Virus record (IMG/VR): IMGVR_UViG_3300028837_001486
Span: 1 to 57,928 of that record
Strand: one strand, 5' to 3'
DNA: 57,928 bases
DNA from: a virus
The notes below the pieces were generated by a model. It was not told the origin of the DNA. It saw only the letters and a program-made list of their open reading frames with translations, and made no database searches. Shown here piece after piece: positions 1-8,401 of this stretch (the stretch's first letter is position 1; each line of letters starts with the position of its first letter). The position numbers and the translations under genes are program-made.

Positions 1-103
1 AGCGGTAGAACTCTTTGGCGACCTTCAGGACATGGCGGACAGCGTAGCACACGCACTGGCAAACTTAAAGGACGTTCACAACACTATCTCCTGGCTGGCC
101 CGG
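1..103. repeat. Terminal direct repeat, identical to 57826-57928; the contig closes on itself
   Basis: The same string agcggtagaactctttggcgacc...ctcctggctggcccgg is read at both ends. The ORF from 57707 continues in frame through it. Confidence 0.95.
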
Positions 104-148
104 GAGATAGCCGAGAGGAGCGATGACGCCCCGCCAGCGGGCGAGTAG
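2..148 (+). CDS. 3' part of the junction-spanning hypothetical gene that starts at 57707 (88 aa in total)
   Basis: The frame from ATG 57707 continues across the terminal repeat to TAG 146-148. The peptide ends ...ISWLAREIAERSDDAPPAGE. Confidence 0.5.
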   Translation, partial: AVELFGDLQDMADSVAHALANLKDVHNTISWLAREIAERSDDAPPAGE

Positions 149-154
149 CTGGCA
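129..154 (+). repeat. Gene-boundary element copy 1: ccccgccagcgggcgaGtagctggca, a hairpin GCCAGC-N9-GCTGGC that contains the stop codon
   Basis: Matches 57668-57693 at 25 of 26 positions. Both copies sit at a gene end immediately before the next RBS. Confidence 0.7.
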
Positions 155-165
155 AGGAGGCAAGC

Positions 166-345
166 ATGGGCCTTATCCGACTCGAACGCAAGCCCCGGGG
201 GAAGCTCCACCGCGTGACCGAGGCCGTCATCGGGACTATAGGCTGGGAGAGCGACCTAGTCTGCGATGAGAACGACGACCTCTACCGGCGCGATCAGCGC
301 AAGCGCAACGGACGATTGGAGACCAGGTGGTGGCGGATCGAGTGA
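166..345 (+). CDS. Hypothetical small protein (59 aa)
   Basis: ATG at 166 is preceded by AAGGAGG (154-160). The frame is open to TGA 343-345. It is below the ORF-track length cutoff. Confidence 0.45.
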   Translation: MGLIRLERKPRGKLHRVTEAVIGTIGWESDLVCDENDDLYRRDQRKRNGRLETRWWRIE

Positions 346-401
346 ATGCCCCATCTGCAACCCCAGGATTGCCCATCTACCAAGAGAAGGAGGGGAGAGC
401 A

Positions 402-953
402 ATGGCTGATCCAAGTCTGAGGGAACTACTGCTGCACGTTGGCAAAAGCAAAGACCTCAACCTAGACCTCTACATCTTGCTGAAGGCGCTGGTCGAGGCT
501 GTGGAGCCAGACGACACCCCAACTGACGAGGAATACAACGATGCGCGTGATGCAAGGATTCGCTTCTTGCAGGAGAGGCTTGCCGAGGCCAAGGCGGAGA
601 TAGAGCGGCTGCGCAAGGAGTGCGACATTCTTCGCGGAACCAGGGCCAGGGCTGTTGATGCCCGAGTTCGCGCCAGGCGGGAGCGTAACGAGGCGATGCT
701 GAGGTTGCAAGACGTGAGGGCAGAGCTGGCTTCCTATACGGCTTCAGTCAACGCCGACGCCGAGGTTGGCCAGTTGGTGCGGGGGATGGCTTTGGGAACT
801 CGGCTGGAGCGAACCGCAGACCAAGTTATTGCCCCCCGTGCGGGCTTTTGGGGCTACCACTGTGTGGAGAACAAGTGGCGGTTTGTCAAAGGAGCATGGG
901 ATGACCCTGCCGAGGCCCTGCGTGCGATTCAGAAGGAGGTGGACGATGCCTAG
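402..953 (+). CDS. Hypothetical coiled-coil protein, tandem paralog A
   Basis: ATG 402 follows GAAGGAGGGGAG. It shares LAEAKAEIERL and DPAEALRAIQKEV with the next gene. Confidence 0.6.
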   Translation: MADPSLRELLLHVGKSKDLNLDLYILLKALVEAVEPDDTPTDEEYNDARDARIRFLQERLAEAKAEIERLRKECDILRGTRARAVDARVRARRERNEAMLRLQDVRAELASYTASVNADAEVGQLVRGMALGTRLERTADQVIAPRAGFWGYHCVENKWRFVKGAWDDPAEALRAIQKEVDDA

Positions 954-1338
954 TCTGCTGGAGAGAGTTGAAGCATTAGAAGAGAGACAAGGGCTTCTAA
1001 TGCAGTGTGGTATCACGGGTGAAACAGTAGAAACGAGTTGGCAGATTCTGGGACTACGTAAGGAGCTTGCCGAGGCCAAAGCGGAGATAGAGCGGCTAGA
1101 GACGCGATGCAACCGCTGGGCACAGCGTGCGCACACTGCTGAGTCCGTCGCCAAGATCGGCAGAGCAATACGGGCCATGAAAGAGGCAAGCTGTCTCTAC
1201 CGCTTTAGGGGCGGGCGGTTTGGCGTGGGCCTGTACTTGACGCCTGGCGGGTGGACCTCCCTGGGGCGGCCAGCCTCTCTTGACCCCGCCGAGGCTCTGC
1301 GTTCGATCCAGAAGGAGGTGGGCGATGACGAAGGCTAG
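946..1338 (+). CDS. Hypothetical coiled-coil protein, tandem paralog B
   Basis: ATG 946 overlaps the upstream stop and follows AAGGAGGTGG. Motifs LAEAKAEIERL and DPAEALRSIQKEV are present. Confidence 0.6.
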   Translation: MPSLLERVEALEERQGLLMQCGITGETVETSWQILGLRKELAEAKAEIERLETRCNRWAQRAHTAESVAKIGRAIRAMKEASCLYRFRGGRFGVGLYLTPGGWTSLGRPASLDPAEALRSIQKEVGDDEG

Positions 1339-1630
1339 GTTGGGTCGGGGCATCATTACCAAGTTGCGAGTCGGACAACCGCTCAGTCTGCGGAATCGGC
1401 TCCGCCTGCGTCTCTGGCAGAAGCGACAGCATCGGCGTTACCTGGCCTCGCTGAATGACCGAGGTCCGCACGCAATTAGTGGTGCGCTGGTCTGGACAAT
1501 CCGGGCAGCAATGGCCTACGCGATAGCCGGCCTCATCATCTGGCTGGTCACACCCCTGGTTGGGCTTGGCTATGCCTTGCTGCTTGCAATGCTGGCGTGG
1601 ATCGTGATGGGAGCCTATTGGCTCTCGTAG
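1325..1630 (+). CDS. Small membrane protein
   Basis: ATG 1325 follows the duplicated AAGGAGGTGG. The C-terminal half is hydrophobic (AMAYAIAGLIIWLVTPLVGLGYALLLAMLAWIVMGAYWL). Confidence 0.5.
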   Translation: MTKARLGRGIITKLRVGQPLSLRNRLRLRLWQKRQHRRYLASLNDRGPHAISGALVWTIRAAMAYAIAGLIIWLVTPLVGLGYALLLAMLAWIVMGAYWLS

Positions 1631-1672
1631 CATGGAACGTGGGAACCATTCGAGCATAGAGGAGGACAGGAT

Positions 1673-1876
1673 ATGGCAGAACACCTATTTTGCTTCTGCG
1701 GATACGCGATCACAGTCGAGGATGTGCCGACCGTCGAGGGAGAGCGCCAGATCTACACGGACGGCAAGACTGGCGAGGTGATCGAGGAGTGCCCCAGGTG
1801 CGGAGATTGCCCGCTCGATGCGGAGTATCTCTTCACAGAGAAGGAAGCACACTATATGAGGAGGAAACTACGATGA
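1673..1876 (+). CDS. Small Cys-rich, zinc-ribbon-like protein
   Basis: RBS GGAGGA precedes ATG 1673. Cys pairs FCFCG...ECPRCGDC are present. Its stop overlaps the next start. Confidence 0.5.
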   Translation: MAEHLFCFCGYAITVEDVPTVEGERQIYTDGKTGEVIEECPRCGDCPLDAEYLFTEKEAHYMRRKLR

Positions 1877-2829
1877 GTGACAATGTTCCCGCGATCAGCC
1901 CGACGCAAGACCTGGCATTGCTTACCGAGGGCCAACTGGCCCTCATAAAGAAGACCATTGCGAAGGGGGCTACCGACGACGAATTGCGCCTCTTCCTGGA
2001 GGTTGCACGAGCTACTGACCTCAACCCGTTCGCGAAGGAAATCTACTTCGTGAAGTACACCATGCGCAATGGCACGGCGAACGTGGCCATGCCCGTGGGC
2101 ATCGACGGCTTGCGACGCAAGGCAGCCGAGTCAGGAGACTATGCTGGTCAAGCAGGCCCCTTCTGGTGTGGGGAGGACGGCGAGTGGCGGGACGTATGGC
2201 TCGGGCCAGGCCCGCCGGTAGCCTGCAAGGTCGGCGTGTATCGCTACATGCCCAACGGCCTTGTCAACCCAACGCCAACCTGGGCCGTCGTCAAGTGGAG
2301 CGAGTTCGCCAAGGATGTCACGAAGCCATTTGGCAAGTTCTGGAAAGACATGAGCTCGCACATGATGGCCATAACCGCAGAGCGACACGCTCTCCGCAAG
2401 GCAGCCCCAAGGTTGGTGGAGAAGATACAGGCAGCGGGAGCGCAGGTCATCAATGCCGACTACCTGATCGCCAAGGCCGACCAGGCACAGCGAGAGACCG
2501 CGCTGCCTCGGCTCGCGCCACCAGCAGACTTGGATGCCACGCTGTACCAGGATGAGCAGGAGAGCGAGGGGGCAGGCGAGTCTGAGGGCGATGGGAAGGA
2601 AGGCCCGGTCGAGTGGACCAACGCAGACCTGGCAAAGCTCAAGGTAGCCGTCGAGAAGAGGGAGCTATCGTCCAAGGAATGGCGTGGGTTGCTTGGCTTG
2701 GCGGAGGACGCCGAGCTATCGGACGTGGTGGCACTTGGCTCGGTGACGCAAGTCATCCAGTTGCTGACAGCCGCCTTTGCCAAGGCACTGGCGGGAGAGC
2801 CAACTGAGCAGTCCAAGCTCGGCTTCTAG
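1873..2829 (+). CDS. recT: RecT/Bet-family single-strand annealing recombinase
   Basis: The segment QLALIKKTIAKGATDDELRLFLEVARATDLNPFAKEIYFVKY...VGIDGLRRKAAESGDYAGQ...AERHALRKAAP matches the phage Bet/RecT pattern. The ORF-track start at 1690 is an upstream extension. Confidence 0.8.
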   Translation: MSDNVPAISPTQDLALLTEGQLALIKKTIAKGATDDELRLFLEVARATDLNPFAKEIYFVKYTMRNGTANVAMPVGIDGLRRKAAESGDYAGQAGPFWCGEDGEWRDVWLGPGPPVACKVGVYRYMPNGLVNPTPTWAVVKWSEFAKDVTKPFGKFWKDMSSHMMAITAERHALRKAAPRLVEKIQAAGAQVINADYLIAKADQAQRETALPRLAPPADLDATLYQDEQESEGAGESEGDGKEGPVEWTNADLAKLKVAVEKRELSSKEWRGLLGLAEDAELSDVVALGSVTQVIQLLTAAFAKALAGEPTEQSKLGF

Positions 2830-2855
2830 CACAAACTGATAGTCCTACGGACAAC
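2830..2855 (+). promoter_or_regulatory. Conserved 26-nt intergenic motif, copy 1 (cacaaactgatagtcctacggaCaac)
   Basis: Matches 38655-38680 at 25 of 26 positions. Lies in the 42-nt gap between recT and sbcD. Confidence 0.6.
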
Positions 2856-2871
2856 ACGAGGGGAGAGAACG

Positions 2872-4074
2872 ATGAGCAAGCGTTTCCTGCACATGGCTGA
2901 CGTTCACCTGGGCTACAAGCAATATCATCTCAAGGCGCGGGCGACGGACATCGCCCGCGCCTTCAAGACAGCGTGCCTAGCATCCCGGGCTGCAAACTGC
3001 GACTTCGTCCTGGTGGCGGGCGACCTCTTCAACGCAGGTGTGGACGCGACCACGTTCCTACAGGCCATCTTGGCCCTACCGCATGGCATCCCTTTGTATG
3101 TGATTCCTGGCAACCACGACCGGCCCAAGCCAGGCGAGGAACTGAACTGGCTCCACGCTCTGGCGTACGTAAGCGACGTGACTGTGCTCGAGGTGGGCAT
3201 CAACAATGGGAAGCTAGACCTGACGCAGGCCGTTGCCGAGCTGGACGGCATTCGCATAGTGGGGATCCCCTACCTGGGAACGGGCCTAGCACAAGTGATC
3301 CCTCAGATTGCCGAATGGCTCTCGGATTTGCCCCGCAAGTACACTATCCTGATGATGCACGCTGGGCTAGACGGCGAGATGCCCCACTTCAAGCAGCCGC
3401 TGACGATGGAGGACTTAGCACCCCTACGAGACGTGGTAGACTACGTTGCTCTGGGGCATCTACACAAGCCCTACGAGCGAGACAACTGGGTGTTCAACCC
3501 TGGGTCTCTGGAGGCCCTGAGTGTGGATGAGATTGAGCATCCTGGGGGGTGGTATCTGGCAGAGGCCTGGGACCATCTGAAGATGCACGAGGTCGAGTTC
3601 GTCCCCTATGCTGGCCGACGCCCGTTTGAGCGCCTCACGTTAGATGTCAGCGGGTACGAGACAGCAGAGGACTTACGCCTCGCTCTCGCCATACTCAGTT
3701 CCTCTCTCCACAGCAGGGAGTCCGGCAGGATGCGCGAGCTCACAATAGATGGTCGCCTGCGCTTTCCTCGCGCATCTATGGACTTGGCGATGCTGACTGC
3801 TGCATTGGCCGACGGCATGACTGATCCATTGAGGGTCTGGGTGCGAGACATGACCACGGGAGAGGAGACCGAGGTCCAGACACAGGACAACCTCAGCCGC
3901 ACAGAGATGGAGCACGACGTACTCATGCAGTTGGTGGGCAGAGAGCAGCAACACGCCGATCAGTGGGCCGAGGCAATCCTGGAACTCAAGGAGCGCGCAC
4001 TACAGAAAGCGACGCCTGATGGGGTGATACAGTTGGTCCAGACTTACAATGAACAGATAGAGGGGAAGCCATGA
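2872..4074 (+). CDS. sbcD: SbcD/Mre11-type nuclease (calcineurin-like phosphoesterase)
   Basis: Motifs FLHMADVHLG, VLVAGDLFN, PGNHD, MMHAG and LGHLH occur in the canonical order. Confidence 0.85.
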   Translation: MSKRFLHMADVHLGYKQYHLKARATDIARAFKTACLASRAANCDFVLVAGDLFNAGVDATTFLQAILALPHGIPLYVIPGNHDRPKPGEELNWLHALAYVSDVTVLEVGINNGKLDLTQAVAELDGIRIVGIPYLGTGLAQVIPQIAEWLSDLPRKYTILMMHAGLDGEMPHFKQPLTMEDLAPLRDVVDYVALGHLHKPYERDNWVFNPGSLEALSVDEIEHPGGWYLAEAWDHLKMHEVEFVPYAGRRPFERLTLDVSGYETAEDLRLALAILSSSLHSRESGRMRELTIDGRLRFPRASMDLAMLTAALADGMTDPLRVWVRDMTTGEETEVQTQDNLSRTEMEHDVLMQLVGREQQHADQWAEAILELKERALQKATPDGVIQLVQTYNEQIEGKP

Positions 4075-4655
4075 TGGAGGGCTTTGCTATAGCAAGCGGC
4101 ATCTATCAGATCACGAATCGGGAAAACGGAAAGCGCTACATAGGGAGTGCCGTGAACCTCAAGAAACGGTGGCGGAATCATCTTGGCGCTCTGCGCCGAG
4201 GGCAACACTCCAATCCCCATTTGCAAGCAGCTTTTCTCGTATATGGGGAACAGGCATTTATGTTCTCGATTTTGAAGCGAGTTGCCCCTGAGAAACTGAT
4301 CGAGCATGAGCAGCGTTTTCTTGACACGCTCCTGCCCGAATACAACATCGCGCCGATGGCGAGCAATTCGATGTTGGGGCGACAGCATACAGCGGAGACG
4401 CGGGTGAAGATGAGCGAGGCGATGACTGGGAAGCACCCCAGCGAGGAGGCGCGCAGGAAGATGAGCGAGGCACACAGAGGCAAGCATTTCAGCCCAGAGA
4501 CGCGGGCGAAGATGAGTGCGGCATGGACGCCTGACCATAGGCAAGCCCAAAGCGAAGCACACATGGGGAAGCACCATAGTGACGAGACACGCGCGAAGAT
4601 AAGCGAAGCGAGAAAGGCGTGGTGGCGCCGGTACAGGCTCTCGACGAACGATTAG
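4071..4655 (+). CDS. Free-standing GIY-YIG homing endonuclease with NUMOD3-like repeats
   Basis: GIYQITN...KRYIGSAVNLKKRW...EHEQRFLDTLLPEYNI is followed by repeated (T/A)R(R/A)KMSEA..GK units. It sits exactly between sbcD and sbcC. Confidence 0.9.
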   Translation: MMEGFAIASGIYQITNRENGKRYIGSAVNLKKRWRNHLGALRRGQHSNPHLQAAFLVYGEQAFMFSILKRVAPEKLIEHEQRFLDTLLPEYNIAPMASNSMLGRQHTAETRVKMSEAMTGKHPSEEARRKMSEAHRGKHFSPETRAKMSAAWTPDHRQAQSEAHMGKHHSDETRAKISEARKAWWRRYRLSTND

Positions 4656-4664
4656 GGGGGAGAC

Positions 4665-7094
4665 ATGCATATCGAAAGAGTCAGATTGGAGAACTTCAAG
4701 GGCTACGCTTTCGCCGAGATACCCTTGGAGCCTGGGGTCACGGCCATTCTGGGACTGAACGGCGCAGGGAAGTCGTCGATCCTGGAGGCCATCAAGTACG
4801 CACTCTTCGGCCTTCGCCCTGGCACAGCGAGCGAGCTGCTGCGGGAGGGAACCAAGAGCGGTAGCATCGAGATCAACCTGCGCCTCGGCGAGCACGTATA
4901 CTTCGTGGAGCGGCGATTCAACGCCAAGGGCACGACGCGCTATCGCATCTATGCCTCTCCGAGGCCAGACGCTGACATCCTGGCCGAGGGAGTGCGGGGA
5001 GTCCAGGCTTGGCTTCGTGATCGCTTGCACATCAGCCCCGACTCGGATATGGGCACGCTCTTCGAGAACACAGGGGGAGTGCCACAGGGCATGATGGCCA
5101 CCGCCTTCCGCTTGGCCCCTGGCCTGCGCAAGCTGGTCTTTGACCCATTGCTTCAGGTCCAGGACTTTCGCAAGGCCAGCGACAATCTGCGGCCAACGAA
5201 CGGGCAGCTCGCAGACCAGGCCAGCGTTCAGAAGGCCAACCTTGCCCGGCTGGAGGGGATGCAAGAGGGCCTGCCAGACTTGCAAGAGGAGGGGCGGGAG
5301 CTTGAGAAGGAGATCAGTAAACTAGGAGACACCCTCGACCAGTCCCGTTCCAGCCTCGTCAGCGCCGAGAGCAACATGCACTTTCTGGACAAGGCTCAGA
5401 GTCAGAGCGAGGAGGCTGATAAGCGTGCGGAGGAGGCAAAGACCCACCTGGAGGCCCACGAACCTATCGTGGCAGCCACCCAGAAGGCACTCGTGGAAGC
5501 CGAGGCAGCGACGCAAGTCATAAAGCACAACCTGCTGGCGCACACCGCTTACTCCCAGGCTGACACGGAGCTCCAAAACTTGGAGCCGAGCAGGACACTC
5601 CGCGATGGGCTGCTGCGAGAGCAAGCGGACGCCAAGGCCGATCTTGCTCGTTACGTCGGGGCCAAGGCAAGGGAGCCTGCCTGCCAGCAAAGGCTAGAGC
5701 AGTGGGCAGCCCGTGTGGGCGAGATAGAGGCAGCGCTTGTCGAGGCGTCTCAGACGGGCAAGCTCATAGAAGACTGGGACGCCAGCATTGAAGAAGCACG
5801 GGCTATGAGCAATCAGCATAGGCAGCTTATCGGTGCCATCGAAGGAATGCTCGACAGACTGAATCGACAGACCGCCCTACTCACCGACTCCGAGATAGCT
5901 GTCTGCCCGACTTGTGGGACTGAGCTGACTACCGACCATCGGCAACACTTGCTTGATGAGACCCAGAGCAAGATAGCCGAACATGGCGAGCAGTTGGCAG
6001 AGGGCAGGCAGAGCCTCAGCATTCTCTCCGCTCAGATGACGGCTGCTCAGTCCCGCCAAGCGGCGGGACGAGCCAAGTTGCGGCTCATGCCTACTGTGCT
6101 ACAGCTTGACAGGGCTCGGGAAGAATATGAACAATCGCAGACTGACCTGACAGCTTTGAGGGCGGAGATAGTCCAGGCCGATGCTGCCCAAGCGCGTGTT
6201 GATCGGCTCAATGGAGAACTCAACCAGTATGCGGGCCTAGACGCGATTCTCTCCCGCTTCCAGGAGTCGCGCCGCGACAACCAAGCCGGCCACGATACCT
6301 ACATGAGCAACCTTTCTCTGGCTGGACACCTCCCCAAGCGACAGGAGGCACACGCCGAGGCCCTGAGCGAACTTGCGAGGCTCAAGCGGTGGGTTGAAAG
6401 CACCAGGGTAACCGCCGAGATGGAGCGCGTCGCCTACGATCAGCAGCTACACGAGACAGTGAAACGGCAGGCAGAGCAATGCCGGGACGACATAGTTGCT
6501 GGTGAGGCCAAGCTGATGCTCAAGGGTGACCGGCTGACTGTGGTTCGTATGAAACTCCTGGAGTTAGAGCGCGTCGAGGCCAAGCGTGCCGCCCTGGTCG
6601 CGGATCTGGCGTTGACCGAGAAAACCCAGAAGACGCTGCAGTGGGCACGCGGCGTGCTCCGAGAGGCTGGCCCCTATGTGACCCAGCGACTGGTGCGGCA
6701 GGTCTCGCAGCACGCATCGGAAATCTACGCTGACTTGACTGGGGATGCCGACAAGCGCTTGGACTGGTCTGAGGATTACGCGGCCAGCTTGCGGGTCGGC
6801 CCCTATACCCGGAACTTCTCTTCTCAGCTCTCTGGCGGCGAGCAGATGTCTGTCGCGTTGGCTTTGCGGCTCGCCCTCTTGCGGGAGATGTCAGGCATCG
6901 ACGTGGCCTTCTTCGACGAGCCGACCGCAAACCTGGACGCCGATCGGAGAGGGAGCTTGGCAGAAAGCATCAGCCAGGTGAGAGGTCTCTCGCAAGTGGT
7001 TGTGATCTCTCACGACGACACCTTTGAGCCTGCTGCCGAAACCATCATCAGGGTGGTGAGTGATGAGGGGGGGAGTCATGCCAGCACCGAATGA
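4665..7094 (+). CDS. sbcC: SbcC/Rad50-type ATPase
   Basis: Walker A GLNGAGKSS, long coiled coil, CPTCG zinc hook, signature LSGGEQMSVALALRLA and Walker B AFFDEP are all present. Confidence 0.9.
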   Translation: MHIERVRLENFKGYAFAEIPLEPGVTAILGLNGAGKSSILEAIKYALFGLRPGTASELLREGTKSGSIEINLRLGEHVYFVERRFNAKGTTRYRIYASPRPDADILAEGVRGVQAWLRDRLHISPDSDMGTLFENTGGVPQGMMATAFRLAPGLRKLVFDPLLQVQDFRKASDNLRPTNGQLADQASVQKANLARLEGMQEGLPDLQEEGRELEKEISKLGDTLDQSRSSLVSAESNMHFLDKAQSQSEEADKRAEEAKTHLEAHEPIVAATQKALVEAEAATQVIKHNLLAHTAYSQADTELQNLEPSRTLRDGLLREQADAKADLARYVGAKAREPACQQRLEQWAARVGEIEAALVEASQTGKLIEDWDASIEEARAMSNQHRQLIGAIEGMLDRLNRQTALLTDSEIAVCPTCGTELTTDHRQHLLDETQSKIAEHGEQLAEGRQSLSILSAQMTAAQSRQAAGRAKLRLMPTVLQLDRAREEYEQSQTDLTALRAEIVQADAAQARVDRLNGELNQYAGLDAILSRFQESRRDNQAGHDTYMSNLSLAGHLPKRQEAHAEALSELARLKRWVESTRVTAEMERVAYDQQLHETVKRQAEQCRDDIVAGEAKLMLKGDRLTVVRMKLLELERVEAKRAALVADLALTEKTQKTLQWARGVLREAGPYVTQRLVRQVSQHASEIYADLTGDADKRLDWSEDYAASLRVGPYTRNFSSQLSGGEQMSVALALRLALLREMSGIDVAFFDEPTANLDADRRGSLAESISQVRGLSQVVVISHDDTFEPAAETIIRVVSDEGGSHASTE

Positions 7095-7620
7095 TGACCG
7101 TCTCTACGCCGAGGACCGACCGTATTGGACCACGACCGTGCAACCCAGCAAGAGCCTGGGTGAATTGATGGCGCAGTTGGCCAAGTTCGGCATCTTCCGC
7201 CACGAGATACGCCAAGGCCAAGCTCATGGCAATGTAGCCTGGCTGATCCGCTTTCAGTACCTTGGGAGGACACACCGCTTCGTGTTCACCCCTCGGCCTT
7301 GCCGAGAACCCGACACGGTGCGCAGTTTCGGAGGCGTCAGGCGCACCCATGCGAGGCAGGCGATCTTCCAGATGGGCCGAACAGCTTACCACTTTGTCAA
7401 GAACCTTCTGGCAGCCGCCGATGATCAGCCAGCGGCGCTGTTCGGGTTCCTGGAGTTACCAGGCGTCTTCCATGCCGGCGAGCTGCCTGCGACTGCGGCG
7501 GAGATCGAGGTGGCTGAGCTGACCGGGGCTTTGGCAGAACTGAAAGTGATCTCGCCATTCGCACATGGCTCCCGAGCCTTGCCCGGGAAGGAGGGCGCCG
7601 ATGCCAGCACCATTGAGTGA
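7078..7620 (+). CDS. Hypothetical protein
   Basis: ATG 7078 follows GAGGGGGGGAG. The frame is continuous and I recognise no motif. Confidence 0.5.
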   Translation: MPAPNDDRLYAEDRPYWTTTVQPSKSLGELMAQLAKFGIFRHEIRQGQAHGNVAWLIRFQYLGRTHRFVFTPRPCREPDTVRSFGGVRRTHARQAIFQMGRTAYHFVKNLLAAADDQPAALFGFLELPGVFHAGELPATAAEIEVAELTGALAELKVISPFAHGSRALPGKEGADASTIE

Positions 7621-8401
7621 GGAACTGACCAAGGCCGCCAGAAAGATATGGGACATTGCGCCGTGTAGTGGCGTTTATGAAGTCCAGAATCAGAGAAATG
7701 GCAAGCGATATATTGGAAGTGCTGTGAACATTAGGGATAGATGGGCTGTTCATCTAAGCACTTTGCGACAGAACGCACATCACAACTCTCATTTACAATA
7801 CGCATTTGATAAGTATGGTGAGGAGGCCTTCATGTTCTCCGTCCTAGAGCATATTGAGGATACTTCGCAGCTCATTGCGCGTGAACAATACTATTTGAAT
7901 GTGCTGAAACCTGAATACAACATTGCCATGGTTGCGGGAAGTAAGCTTGGCGTTCATCCTACAAAGGAGACCCGCAGAAAAATGAGTGAGGCGAAGAAAG
8001 GCAAGCGGAATCCGAACTACGGCAAGCATCTTAGTGCACAGACGAAGCAGAAATTGAGTCTAGCAATGAGCGGTGAGCAAAGCTTTTTTTATGGCAAGCA
8101 TCTCAGCCCTGAGCATCGGGCGAAAATAGGTAAAAGAAACGAGGGAAAGCATCCTAGTAAAAGAGCACGTCGTAGGATGAGTGAATCTCGGCGGGGGGAG
8201 CAAAACCATTTCTATGGCAAGCACCATAACTCGGAATCGCGCAAGAAGATAAGCGAAGCATTGAAGGGGAATCAGAATAGTAGAGGGCGAATTCTTAGCC
8301 AAGAGACGCGTAGGAAGATGAGCATAGCACAAAAGGTGCGTAGGAGGAGAGAATGTATCGCTAGGGACAGAGAGGAGGGACTTAGTGACAGAATCGAATA
8401 G
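7601..8401 (+). CDS. Free-standing GIY-YIG homing endonuclease with NUMOD3-like repeats, visibly low GC
   Basis: GVYEVQN...KRYIGSAVNIRDRW...REQYYLNVLKPEYNI is followed by repeated YGKH.S.E.R.K.S units. ATG 7601 follows GGAAGGAGGG. Confidence 0.9.
   Translation: MPAPLSEELTKAARKIWDIAPCSGVYEVQNQRNGKRYIGSAVNIRDRWAVHLSTLRQNAHHNSHLQYAFDKYGEEAFMFSVLEHIEDTSQLIAREQYYLNVLKPEYNIAMVAGSKLGVHPTKETRRKMSEAKKGKRNPNYGKHLSAQTKQKLSLAMSGEQSFFYGKHLSPEHRAKIGKRNEGKHPSKRARRRMSESRRGEQNHFYGKHHNSESRKKISEALKGNQNSRGRILSQETRRKMSIAQKVRRRRECIARDREEGLSDRIE

Noticed and set aside
1690-1872. N-terminal extension of the RecT ORF in the track (start at 1690).
   Set aside because: The extension overlaps the better-supported 1673-1876 gene in another frame and looks non-protein-like. 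The RecT homology begins right after ATG 1873.
4071-4655. Group I intron or intein carrying the GIY-YIG genes.
   Set aside because: All three HEGs are free-standing between intact genes with their own starts and stops. The flanking coding sequences are not interrupted.
4044-5285. 413-aa minus-strand ORF. Similar long antisense ORFs occur at 19536-20453, 25924-26772, 30987-31883, 34806-35648, 38218-39006, 39558-40331, 49222-50247 and 50916-52073.
   Set aside because: They are shadow ORFs opposite well-supported GC-rich + strand genes (SbcC, portal, giant protein, MCP, fibre). They have Arg/Pro/Ser/Gly-rich low-information sequence and no RBS.
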